From positions 4,898,001 through 4,962,000 of the forward strand of contig NC_043022.1 in NCBI RefSeq assembly GCF_006345805.1: DNA of 64,000 bases, written 5' to 3'. Of this stretch, positions 11,653 to 23,606 are shown piece by piece. This stretch comes from Octopus sinensis. Lineage: Eukaryota. How positions within the stretch are numbered: position 1 is the first letter of the stretch; each line of letters begins with the position of its first letter. The notes below the pieces were generated by a model. That model was given only the letters and a program-made list of their open reading frames with translations, did not search any database and was not told the DNA's origin. The translations under genes and the position numbers were made by a program.

Positions 11653-11653
<1 letters not shown>
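11427..11653. mobile_element. Foldback short element with hammerhead motifs, in an (AT)n tract
   Basis: Arms of ~76 bp from 11498 to 11653 around a CTAGC loop. Homologous to 57013-57240. Confidence 0.85.
11584..11621 (+). ncRNA. Type I minimal hammerhead-ribozyme-like motif
   Basis: CTGT-CTGATGA-ACAGCAACGA-GAAA-CTC-A-GAG-TA-ACAG: core boxes, stem I (CTGT/ACAG), stem III and GUA site present. Stem II is weak in this arm. Confidence 0.6.
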
Positions 11654-11692
<39 letters not shown>

Positions 11693-11694
<2 letters not shown>

Positions 11695-11842
11695 GACAGG
11701 CTTCTTTCAGTTTCTGTCTACCAAATCCACTCACAAGGATTTGGTTGGCCCAAGGCTATAGTAGAAGACATTTGCCCAAGGTGCCATGCAGTGGGAATGA
11801 ACCCGGAACCATGAGGTTGGTAAGCAAGCTACTTACCACACA
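11693..11842 (-). mobile_element. SINE AB head
   Basis: Reverse complement of the family head. Confidence 0.85.
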
Positions 11843-11857
11843 GCGAAAGCTACATAC

Positions 11858-11888
<31 letters not shown>

Positions 11889-12429
11889 ATATATATATGT
11901 ATATACATGCATACATACATGTGTATAGATATATATTTATATAGGTGAAATAGGTTTTCCAAATTTCAAATTGAATAACTGGTAGATGCCGGCAAAGGAC
12001 AGGGGTAGGATGTTCTAGGCTGTGTTTAGCCATTGTTGTTGTTGTTGTTGAGGATGACAATGATGATGGTGGTGGCGGTGGTGATGCATGGTGACAAGAA
12101 CACAGGGAGATGGATAAGTTTAAATGATGTTGCAACAAGAACAGTTTATTCAAATTTGCAGCAGTTAAAAACAGTTTTATGAAATCCTGAAAAAAAGATG
12201 TGAAATGAAATCATCACCATCATCATCATCATCATCATCATCACCACCCCACCGTCATCATTGTTATTATTGTGGTGAATTGTTACTATTTTTATAAAAT
12301 GTTATTTGTATTGATATTATTATTATTATCATTATTATTATTATTATTATTACTGGGTTTTTTTTTCTTTTGCCAGGTTAGAAATAGCTTTTAATATCCT
12401 ATTGAAAGTAGCTTCCACAGGGAAATAGC

Positions 12430-12466
12430 TGTGCGTGTGTTCATGTGTGTATGTGTGTGTGTGTGT

Positions 12467-12507
<41 letters not shown>

Positions 12508-12522
12508 TCTCTGTGTGTGTGT

Positions 12523-12579
<57 letters not shown>

Positions 12580-12725
12580 TGTGCGTGTGTGTGCATGTGT
12601 ATGTGTGTGTCTGTGTGTGTGTGTATGTGTGTGTGTACGTGTGTGTGTGTCTGTGTGTGTGTGTGTGTCTGTGTGTGTGTGTGTGCGTGTGTGCCTGTGT
12701 GTGTGTGGTGTGTGTGTGTGTGCGT
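12430..12725. repeat. (GT)n microsatellite
   Basis: Direct. Confidence 0.98.
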
Positions 12726-13074
12726 TCAATTATTTTCAATAGGGAAGACTTTATATACAGTGGCCCCTTCTCAGTGTGCTGAAAGGAAACAGAACGCAAA
12801 TGAAAAGTCAAAATAAATAAATAAATAAAAAAAGTAAAAATAAAGATAAAAAGGTAAAAGGGAAATCGGGTGAGGGGAAAGAAAATGGAAAGATGAAATG
12901 AAGAAAAACGAAGAAGAAATATTGAGAATTTTGTGCTTCCAGCACCACCTCCCACGCCACCTCCAAGACTGGCATCACAGCATCGGTAGCATCGCTCGTA
13001 TTCCCTCTCGTCCAAGAATCACTTAACTTGAAGATTTCGATATTTACTTAAGGGTAAAAAAATGAAAGAAATGC

Positions 13075-13800
13075 TATAATGATGATGATGGTGCTGATGA
13101 TGACAACAGTGATGATGATGACGATAATAATGGATATGATGATGATAAGGATGATGATGACGGTGATGATGATGACAGTGATAAGGATGATGATGACGGT
13201 GATGATGATGACAGTGATAAGGATGATGATGACGGTGATGATGATGATGACGGTGATGATGATGACGGTGATGATGATGACGACAAAGGCGATGATGACG
13301 ATGGTGATGATGATGACAATAATAATGGAGATGATGATGATAAGGATGATGATGATGATGGTGATGATGATGATGACAAAGATGATGATGACGATGGTGA
13401 TGACAACAGTGAAGATGATGACAATAATAATGGAGATGATAAGGATGATGATGATGGTGATGATGATGATGATAGTGATAAGGATGATGATGACGGTGAT
13501 GATGATGATGACGATGGTGATGATGATGACAACAGTGATGTTGATGACAATGGAGATGATGATAAGGATGATGATGACGGTGATGATGATGACAGTGATA
13601 AGGATGATGATAGTGTTGATGATGATGACAAAGGTGATGATGACAATGGTGGTGGTGATGATTATGACAGTGATGATGATGACTGATGATGATGACGATA
13701 GAGATAATGATGATGATGCTGACGACGACAGTGATGATGATGATGATGATGACAAAAACAATGATGATAACTACAATGATGTCGCTGCCGCTGCTGATAA
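13075..13800. repeat. Compound (GAT)n microsatellite
   Basis: Direct; homologous to 6170-6570. Confidence 0.95.
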
Positions 13801-13839
13801 TGATGAGGGCGCCGCCGCTGATGAAGCTATTAATAATAA

Positions 13840-14385
13840 TGATAACCATTTCTACTATAGGCACAAGGCCTGAAATTTTGGGAGAGGTGGGGGTTAGTCA
13901 ATTACATCGACTCCAGTGCATAACTGGTACTTATTTCATTGAACCTGAAAGGATGAAGGGCAAAATCGACCTCGGCAGAATTTGAACTCAGAACGTAAAG
14001 ACCGACAAAATGCCACTAAGCATTTCATCCTTTATCCTAACGATTCTGCCAGCTTGCTGCTTTAGTAACAACAACAGTAATAATAATAGTTTACTTGCCA
14101 CCAGGGCAAAGGATGAGGGGAATGATACAAAACAAAGTGTGGAGGTTTACATGCAATGAATTGGTAAGATAAATAATAATAAGAAGAAGAAGAATCTTTT
14201 CTACTCTGGGGAGGGGGCCAGTTGTTTAGATCGACCCCAGTACGCAACTGGTACTTAATTTATCGACCCCAAAAGGATGAAAGACAAAGTCGACCCCAGT
14301 GGAATTTGAACTCAGAACGTAAAGACATGAAATACTGTTAAGCATTTTGCCCAGCATGCTAACGTCTCTGCCAGCTTGCCACCTT
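13840..14385 (-). mobile_element. Two SINE C copies (13840-14060, 14190-14385)
   Basis: Reverse complement of the core: CGACCCC.AAAGGATGAAAG...GAATTTGAACTC. Confidence 0.8.
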
Positions 14386-14397
14386 AATAATAGGAGG

Positions 14398-14770
14398 AAG
14401 CACTCCATCGGTTAAGACAACGAGGGTTCCGGTTGATCCAATCAATGGAACAGCCTGCTCGTGAAATTAACATGTAAGTGGCTGAGCACTCCACAGACAC
14501 GTGTACCCTTAACGTAGTTCTCGGGGATATTCAGCGTGACACAGAGAGTGACAAGGCCGGCCCCTGAATACAGGTACACAACAAAACAGGAAGTAAGAGT
14601 GAGAGAAAGTTGTGGTGAAAGAGTACAGCAGGGATCACCACCATCCCCTGCCGGAGCCTCGTGAGCTTTAGGTGTTTTCGCTCAATAAACACTCACAACG
14701 CCCGGTCTGGGAATTGAAACCGCGATCCTATGACTGCGAGTCGCTGCCCTACCACTGGGCCATTGCGGCC
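14398..14770 (-). mobile_element. SINE family E
   Basis: Near-identical to 10385-10760. Confidence 0.9.
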
Positions 14771-14865
14771 TCCACCTTAATAATAATAAGAAGAAGAGTA
14801 ATAAAGATAATTAATTATAGAATACATGTATTTTTTATACATGCCTGTATGTGTTATATGTGTTA

Positions 14866-14911
<46 letters not shown>

Positions 14912-14954
14912 ATATATATATATATATATTTTATATATATATATATATATATAT

Positions 14955-15170
14955 TTCTTTACTACCCCAAGGGGCTAAACACAGAGGGGACAAACAAGGA
15001 CAGACAAAGGGATTAAGTCGACTACATCGACCCCAGTGCGTAACTGGTACTTAATTTATCGACCCCGAAAGGATGAAAGGCAAAGTCGACCTCGGCGGAA
15101 TTTGAACTCGGAACGTAACGACAGACGAAATACGGCTACGAATTTCGCCCGGCGTGCTAACGTTTCTACC
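14955..15170 (-). mobile_element. SINE C, near full length
   Basis: Reverse complement of the consensus. Confidence 0.9.
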
Positions 15171-15174
15171 AGCT

Positions 15175-15400
15175 CATCATCATCATCGTTTAACGTCCGT
15201 TTTCCGCGCTAGCACGGGTTGGACGGTTTCGACCGGGGTCTGGGGAGCTCGGGACTGCCCCAGGCTCCAGTCTAGTCTGGCAGTGTTTCTACAGCTGGAT
15301 GCCCTTCCTAACGCCAACCACTCCGCGAGTGTAGTGGGTGTTTTTTACGTGCCACCTGCACAGGTGCCAGAGGGGTCTGGCATCGGCCACGTTCGGATGG
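15175..15400 (-). mobile_element. RTE-tailed repeat 3' module
   Basis: Homologous to the reverse complement of 16400-16585 and 50090-50260. Confidence 0.75.
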
Positions 15401-15984
15401 TGCTTTTATGTGGGGGGGGGGCAGAAATATATAGGGGAGCACCAGTGGGGAGGGGTGGTTCAGAGAGAATGATGACAGGTTCTAGGCAAGTAGAACGTAA
15501 GGATATCAAGAGAGGGGTAATGCATGGTGAAATAGCGTATTGAAGAGGGGGGTTCAAGAGTAGACACCTATAATGGTGGTGGAGAAGCGACATCCGGTAT
15601 AGATGGAGCAAAAATATAAATATCCGGTATTGGTGGTGGGGGTGGGGGTGGGCAAGGGCGGGTGCACCGGAATATACGAAGGTTGAACTGACGGGCTGGC
15701 TTAGAAATGCTCTTAGCAATGGAAGTGGGGGGAATGGCAGACAACGTGAGAAAGGGAAGAGAGAGATAGATAGAAGAAGAACAGTAGAACCCGCGAAAAT
15801 GGGCATATATACATACAGAGCCTGGGTGCCCATGGTCCTTACCAGCTTATCAGCTCCTGTCAAACTGGTCCAACCATGCCGACATCGTTGACGATATTAA
15901 TGGTGATGGTGGGTTAATGATGGATGTATATCCATAAGTGTGTGTAGGTAAGAATGCCTATCTGTTATCTTTGAGTCCTATCAG

Positions 15985-16375
15985 TCATTAGACTGTGGCC
16001 ATGCTACGGCACTGCCATGAATATTTTTTTAGCCAAACGAATTGACCCCAATACTTATTTTTTAAACTTTATGCTATCAGTCTCTTTTGCCAGAATGCTA
16101 AATTATGGGGATGCAAACACACCAACACCAGTTTTCAAGCGATGTATGTGCGAAAAAACCCAGACAGAAAGGCGCACACACACACACACACACACAGATA
16201 TATATATATACACATACATACTATGGGCTTCCTCCAGTTTCTGTCTACCAAATCCACTCACAAGGATTTGGTCAGCCTGAGGCTATAGTAGAAGATACTT
16301 ATCCAAGGTGCCACGCAGTAGGAGTGAACCCAGGGCCACATGGCTGGGAAGCAAGCTTGTTACTGCACGGCCATG
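15985..16375 (-). mobile_element. SINE AB, diverged
   Basis: Both modules are recognisable. Confidence 0.75.
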
Positions 16376-16609
16376 TCTGTAAATATTATATATATATATA
16401 TATGTGCGGGTGGCACGTAAAAAGCACCCACTACACTCACGGAGTGGTTGCCATTAGGAAGGGCATCCAGCTGTAGAAACACTGCCAGATCAGACTGGGC
16501 CTGGTGCAGACTTCTGGCTTCACAGACCCCAGTTGAACCATCCAACCCGTGCTAGCATGGAAAGCGGACGCTAAACGATGATGATATATGTGTGTGTGTG
16601 TGTGTGGAG

Positions 16610-17470
16610 GGAACCTGTGGAAGAGGTAGACACAGGAAGACATAGGATGAGGTGGTGAAGCATGATTTTCGAATGTTGGGCCTCATGAAGGTGACGACAA
16701 GTGACCAAGACCTTTGGTGATATGCTGTGCATGAGAAAATCCATCAGGCCAAGTGAAATCATAGTAGTGGCTGGGCCAGTGTCATGTAAATGACCGGTGA
16801 AATCATAGTCATGGTCACTGCTGGTGCCGTGTAAATGGCACCCGAGTTGGGTCTTCATCGGTGCCATGAGAATCATAGTCATAGTTGTGGTCTTTGATGG
16901 TGCCATTTACATGACACCAGTGAATCATAGTTCTGGTTGTTGACAGTATCATGAAAATGGCACCCATGAATCGTAGTCAGCGATGGTGCCATGAAAATGG
17001 CACCCATGAATCGTAGTCAGTGACAGTGCCATGAAAATGGCACCCATGAATCATAGTCAGCGATGGTGCCATGAAAATGGCACCCATGAATCGTAGTCAG
17101 TGATGGTGCCATGAAAATGGCACCCATGAATCGTAGTCAGTGACGGTGCCATGAAAATGGCACCTATGAATCATAGTCAGTGACGGTGCCATGAAAATGG
17201 CACCCATGAATCCTAGTTGTGGTCATTGCTAGCGTCATGCAAATGGCACCCACGGATCATATTCACGATCATTGGTGATGTCATGTAAATGGCACCTATG
17301 CTAGTGGCACATTACACTGCAGGAGTGGTTGGCATTAGGAAGGGCATCCAATTGTAGAAACTACGCCAAAACCAGACTGGAACTTGTTGCTCCTTTCTGA
17401 TTTAACAGTTCCAGTCAAACTGTCCAACCCATGCCAGCATGGAAAGCAGACGTTAAATGATGATGATGAT
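16610..17470 (+). mobile_element. RTE LINE 3' fragment: ORF end, 40-bp minisatellite 3' UTR, (ATG)n tail
   Basis: VEGTCGRGRHRKT.DEVVKHDFRMLG, then the array, then the GGAGTGGTTGGCATTAGGAAGGGCATCC module and GATGATGAT. Confidence 0.7.
16945..17220 (+). repeat. 40-bp minisatellite x7, with a GGTGCCAT-GAAA-ATGGCACC hairpin in most units
   Basis: ATGAAAATGG recurs at 16951, 16991, 17031, 17071, 17111, 17151 and 17191. Confidence 0.95.
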
Positions 17471-17691
17471 GATGATGATATACATTCAATATATACATAC
17501 ATACATATATATATATATACATGCATATACCAAACTGCTATATTTCTTCTCACATACACATACACACACAAGAAGACACATAAATCTGTACATACACAAC
17601 CACATACATACACATATACACACAAATTATATAACCTAAAATCTGAAAGAAAGTCATGTGATCACCAATTTCAGGAAAAAATATGTATATA

Positions 17692-17875
17692 GGCGCAGGA
17701 GTGGCTGTGTGGTAAGTAGCTTGCTAACCAACCACATGGTTCGGGGTTCAGTCCCACTGCGTGGCATCTTGGGCAAGTGTCTTCTGCTATAGCCCCGGGC
17801 CGACCAATGCCTTGTAAGTGGATTTGGTAGACGGAAACTGAAAGAAGCCTGTCGTATATATGTATGTATATATAT

Positions 17876-17930
<55 letters not shown>

Positions 17931-18144
17931 GCGTGTGTGTGTTTGTGTGTCTGTGTTTGTCCCCCTAGCATTGCTTGACAACCGATGCTGGTGTGTTTAT
18001 GTCCCCGTTACTTAGCGGTTCGGCAAAAGAGACCGATAGAATAAGTACTGGGCTTACAAAAGAATAAGTCCCGGGGTCGAGTTGCTCGATTAAAGGCGGT
18101 GCTCCAGCATGGCCGCAGTCAAATGACTGAAACAAGTAAAAGAG
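17692..18144 (+). mobile_element. SINE AB flanked by a ~160-bp direct duplication
   Basis: 17523-17682 is repeated at 18170-18335. Confidence 0.92.
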
Positions 18145-18394
18145 TATATATACATATATATATATACACGCATATACCAAACTGCTATATTTCTTCTCAC
18201 GCGCACACATACACACACAAGAAGACACATAAATCTGTACATACACAACCACATACATACACATATACACACAAATTATATAACCTAAAATCTGAAAGAA
18301 AGTCATGTGATCACCAATTTCAGGAAAAAAAAATATATTTTCTCTCTCTATCATCTGCTTTGATTTATCTTTGCTTCTCATCCGGCATTTCTGA

Positions 18395-19555
18395 AATTAT
18401 CATTATTATTATTATTTTTGTTGTTGATGTTATTATCATCATCATTGTATTGTTATTTTTATTATTAACATTCTTCTTTTTATTATTACTATTATTATTA
18501 TTACTATTACTATTATTATTATTAATTTATTATTACTATTATTATTACTATTACTATTATTATTATTAATTTATTATTACTATTATTATTATTATTAATT
18601 TATTTATTATTACTACTATTATTAATTATTATATTATATTTTATGTTATTATTTATTATATTATTATTATTATTATTATTTATTATTATTTATGTATATT
18701 ATTATTTATTATTTATTTATTATTTATTATTATTATTATTATTATATTATTATTTTTATTATTATTATTAATTATTATTATTATATTTATTTTTAATTAT
18801 TATTTATTATTATTATTTATTTATTATTATTTTATATTATTATTATTTATTATTTATTATTATTATTATTAATTTATTTATTTTTATTATTATTATTTAT
18901 TTATTATTATGTATTTATTATTATATTATTATTTATATTATTATTTATTTTTAATATTATTTATTATTATTATTATTCTTATTTATTATTATTATTATAA
19001 TTTATTTATTATGTTATTATTATTATTATTAATTTATTTATTATTTATTATTATTAGATTAATTTATTATTATTATTATTATATTATTATTATTATTATT
19101 ATTTATTATTATTTATTATTATATTATTATTATTATTATATTATTATTAATATTTATTATTTATTATTATTATTTATTTATAATTATTATTTATCATCAT
19201 CATCATCATCATCATTATTATTATTTATTATTATTATTATTATTATTTATTTATTATTTATTATTATTATTATTAATTTATTTATTATTTATTATTATTA
19301 TTTATTTATTATTTATTATTGTTATTATTTATTTATTATTTATTATTATTATTTATTTATTAATTATTATTTATTATTATTATTATTATATTATTATTAT
19401 TATTATTTATTTATTAATTATTATTTATTATTATTATTTATTTATTATTTATTATTATTATTATTTATTTATTATTTATTATTATTATTATTTATTTATT
19501 TATTATTTATTATTATTATTTATTTATTAATTATTATTTATCATCATCATCATCA

Positions 19556-19590
<35 letters not shown>
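18395..19590. repeat. ~1.2-kb degenerate (TTA)n microsatellite
   Basis: Direct. Confidence 0.98.
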
Positions 19591-19969
19591 GATGTGTGTG
19601 TTTGCATGTTTATTGTTTGTTTTTGTTTTGTTTTCTAGTTTCTTCCTTCCCAACAGAAAACTATTCAGAATTATTTCCCATTATAGAACTCTTTTGTGTC
19701 AAAGTGAATTTGAGGTAATTTCAAGATTTGGATTTTCGAAGGAATATGTGTTTAAATTTATATCGATTTTATCATTTATGCGTGGATATGTGTGCGTACG
19801 TATGTATTATGTATGTATGCACAAATGCATATATATGTGTGTATGTATGTATCTATCTATTGGTCTGTCTGTTTCTCTGTCTATCTACCTGTCTTGCTGT
19901 CTGTCTGTAGGTCTGTCTACCTATCTTTCTACTTGTCTATCCATCTGTCTGTCTATATCTTGTATCTTT

Positions 19970-20300
19970 TACTTGGTTCAGTCATCAGATGGCAGCCATG
20001 CTGGAGCACCGCTTCGAAGAATGTTTAGCCAAATGAATCAAGCCCAGGACTTGGTTTCATTCGTTTTCAAGCTTGGTTTTTATTTCATCAGTCTCTTTTG
20101 CCAAACTGTTAAGTCATGAGGACATGAACAAACCAACACCAATTGTCAGGTGATGATGGGGGACAAACACACGCAACCCCCCCTCCCCCAAGCTTCATTT
20201 AGCTTCTGTCTATAAAATTCACTTGCAAGACCCAAGGTGCCACACAGTGGGACTGAACCCAGAACCACGTGGTTGGGAAGCAAATTTCTTACCACACAAT
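19970..20300 (-). mobile_element. SINE AB, diverged and deleted
   Basis: GGCAGCCATGCTGGAGCACC and CCCAAGGTGCCACACAGTGGGACTGAACCC motifs. Confidence 0.7.
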
Positions 20301-21052
20301 ATTTTATATACATCTTAACCTCATAATCCCTGTGATCATTTTTACATCTGTTTTACCCCTGGGGGCATGGGTTGGCTGGATGTAACTTCTTCAGACAGTA
20401 TATTACAGCCTTTTTACCTCCTGACACCAATGTTTGTTTGTTTCCAAGGAAACTTATTTCTTTTCAAAAATAACAAACAAACAATTGTTTCAAAGATACC
20501 CATATTATTAGAAAACATTCATATCATCATATTAAATATCTCGAGAAAATGACATTAAAATCGTTACAAGTATATTCATTCTTAATACTTTCTGTCAGAT
20601 TGAAATATAATTGCTGGTGTATTTTTAATGTGGAGAACATCTCTTTATAGATGATGTGTGTTGATAACAAACTCAATTCAGAGACAATAATCTAATATCA
20701 ATTTAGCTGATGTCAGTATGAATCAGCAAATAATTTGTTTGCGGAATTTTATAAACAAGAATGGCGATTCATATTTAGATTCAGGTATCTGGTGGACAGG
20801 TTTGACTGAAGTGACATACTAATGTTGAAACTCAGGAGTATCAAAGTCTCCCTGTTGTTACTGAATCATATATGTTGTCAAGACACATCGTCTGAAGAGA
20901 GAATTTGTTCTCTGAAAGTAAAATACAACAGGGATTAGCATTCGATTTATATCCAATCTGCTAGAACATGTTAAAAATAAATACGTACATAATTGCTATG
21001 ATTCTCACTGTTATAAGTGCTTCTGAGAATTTATTATTTAAAAAATAATTAG

Positions 21053-21099
<47 letters not shown>

Positions 21100-21103
<4 letters not shown>

Positions 21104-21294
21104 GGTCCCGGGTTGAGTCGGGGTTAACCACAGTAAATAAGGTACTCAATACATAGCAGAGTAAAGTAATTTATTTTATAGAAGGAGCTTCTACAGGACT
21201 AGAACTGTTTCATTCAGATGAAATCTTCAGGAAGCTTCCTGAATTTCATCTGAATGAAACAGTTCTAGTCCTGTAGAAGTTCCTTCTATAAAAT

Positions 21295-21297
<3 letters not shown>
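21100..21297. mobile_element. Second foldback element in (AT)n with a hammerhead-like arm
   Basis: Near-perfect palindrome 21170-21297 centred on AAG|CTT (21234/21235). Confidence 0.8.
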
Positions 21298-21338
<41 letters not shown>

Positions 21339-21409
21339 AGAAGAACTGCTTGAGAAGAAGACCCATCGAGCAGAGCAAAGTCACAATTGTGGCAGAGACT
21401 GGTGTCACA

Positions 21410-22367
21410 TACTGGTGTCAGTAAGAACTTTAGCTGAGTGAATTGGTGCATTATCATCCTGAGAGATTGTGTTTCCCTCTGGAAACAGTTCCGCAACCAT
21501 AGGATGAATTTGATCAGATAAAATGTTTAAATAGTCTTGACTATTAATCCTGCCATGAAGGGAAACCATTGGGCCGGTGGATTTCCAAGATATAGCCCCT
21601 CCCCATGATCATCACAGATCCTCCTCCAATGTTTAACAGTTGGAAGAAGGCAGTCTGGGTCATCTGCTTCTTTTGGCTGTCTCCATACGTATACTCAGCC
21701 AGTGGTCGGAAATAGGGCAAAGGATGACTTGTCTGAGAAAATAACATTCTTCCACTGCTTTAAGGACCAATTCTGTACATATTTACTCTGCTCTAATCAC
21801 TTTTCAACGTTTGTTTTTGAAAGTAGTGATTTTCTGATTGCAGCCCTCCTATGAAATCTGGCTTTATGCAGCGCCCAGTGAACAGTTTTTGTGGAAACTG
21901 GTTTCTCAAGGTGGTTATTAAGCCCTGCAGTAATTTTGGGAGCTGTACTTTTGTGATCCTTTCTAACAATTTGTGTAAGAGTCAGATGGTCACTATCTGA
22001 AAGTTTTGGTTTTGTTCTGGAGTTTTGTTTCGACGAGAAGGTTTTTTTCCCTCTGTCTCAAAGGTTGCCATTACTTTCGAGACAGTACTTCTCAATACAC
22101 CAAACATTTCAGCTGTTTTTGTTATGCTAGTACCTGCCATACGAGCACCAACAATTTGACCTCTTTGAAAGCCCGATAGATCTGTCATTTTAATGAATTT
22201 TAATTACCTTTTTTCTGATGACATCTGAAAAGAAACGGCAATTTTAGCCAAACACTAATAATAAATCAAAAAACATGAAAATAAAACATGCTTTTGACAG
22301 TTTTATAGATATTTCAAAATTATGATGCTATGATGCTAGGTGTTTCCATTATTTTGTCCAACCCCTG
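21410..22367 (-). pseudogene. Tc1-family transposon, 5' TIR plus transposase up to the second Asp
   Basis: TIR TA|CAGGGGTTGGACAAAATAATGGAAACACC at 22367. Peptide MTDLSGFQRGQIVGARMAG; downstream GGSVMI and QDDNAPIH motifs. Confidence 0.9.
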
Positions 22368-22378
22368 TATATACATAT

Positions 22379-22425
<47 letters not shown>

Positions 22426-22540
22426 TATATATATACACACACACACACACATATATATATACACACACACATATATACACACACATACACACACATATAT
22501 ACACACACACACACATATATACACACACACATACATATAT

Positions 22541-22659
<119 letters not shown>

Positions 22660-23393
22660 CATACATACATAAGTGTATGTATATTAAACAGTAAAAGCAA
22701 TTCAAAACGAAATACATAGAAGTGTATAGATGCAAAAAAGCTGCTGTGAAATTGTCTTCCTTTATATTCGTATTTTTTCCCTTTTTGTTTTCTTTAAATG
22801 TTACGATTGACACGGAAACCATCAAGAAGACAAAGAACTGTGTGAGAACTTCCAAAGGCCATATTTTTGGATGATTCTAAGAATGGAAATGGTATATTAA
22901 AAGAAAAGAAATGCTAAAGCATAGCTGCTGTGTCTCTAAGTTGATGTTCTACTCTTCTGTTTCTTTTGTGTGTTATGTTTGCAGGCGTGAAGAGGAAATA
23001 ATGGAGAATCGGTGATGGGGAGTAATTGTTTACATTCTACAGATTAAAACTGGGGTTTTTTTCCCCTTCTATCTATCTATCTGTCTTTATTTTTTTCTCT
23101 CCCTCTCTCCTACTCATTCAAGTCTGACACTAGGAGTACATCTAACTCATTGACACACTAACACTGACACTCACACTGACACACACACACTCAAACACAG
23201 ATGAGAACATATACTCTTTCCCTCTCTCTCTCTCACACAATCACCAAATAACATTCTTTATGCACATCAAAACTTTTTGGGGACTTATATTGATGCTAAT
23301 TTCATTTCTGTTTTATTTCTGTTTATTATAATATATATATATATATACACACACATATATATATATACACATATAGCATTTTTCCAATGGCTG

Positions 23394-23454
23394 GATAACT
23401 GAAGAGATGGCGGCGTGGATTTCCACCTCAGCATCCGAAACTCGGAGTTTTATC
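23394..23454 (+). ncRNA. Type I hammerhead-like motif with long stem II
   Basis: GATAA-CTGAAGA-GATG..GTGG-ATTT-CCAC..CATC-C-GAAA-CTC-G-GAG-TT-TTATC: stems I, II and III and a GUU site. Confidence 0.6.
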
Positions 23455-23606
23455 ATGGCTACCGAATAATTGCCACATATTACATTTACAGATAAATTCC
23501 TCTATTTACATAATATCAAGGTCTCTTTCTTTCTTTTGTTGTCTTACCAGTTTTATCAATATATATATATATATATATGTATATATGTTTTTTTTCTCCT
23601 CTTATA

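Noticed and set aside
13019-13873. His-, Met-, Ser- or Asp-rich ORFs (also 6118-6601)
   Set aside because: All frames are open because of (GAT)n; there is no splice or homology support.
16945-17220. CRISPR-like regular palindromic repeats
   Set aside because: The intervening sequences are identical rather than unique spacers, there are no cas genes, and the context is a eukaryotic LINE 3' UTR.
20708-20800. Peptide LADVSMNQQIICLRNF...IWWTGLT resembling a C-type lectin segment
   Set aside because: Short, weak similarity, and not phase-compatible with neighbouring candidate exons.
20890-20920. CTGAAGA-GAGAA-TTTG-TTCTC-TGAAA hammerhead-like string
   Set aside because: No stem I or III or cleavage triplet could be formed.
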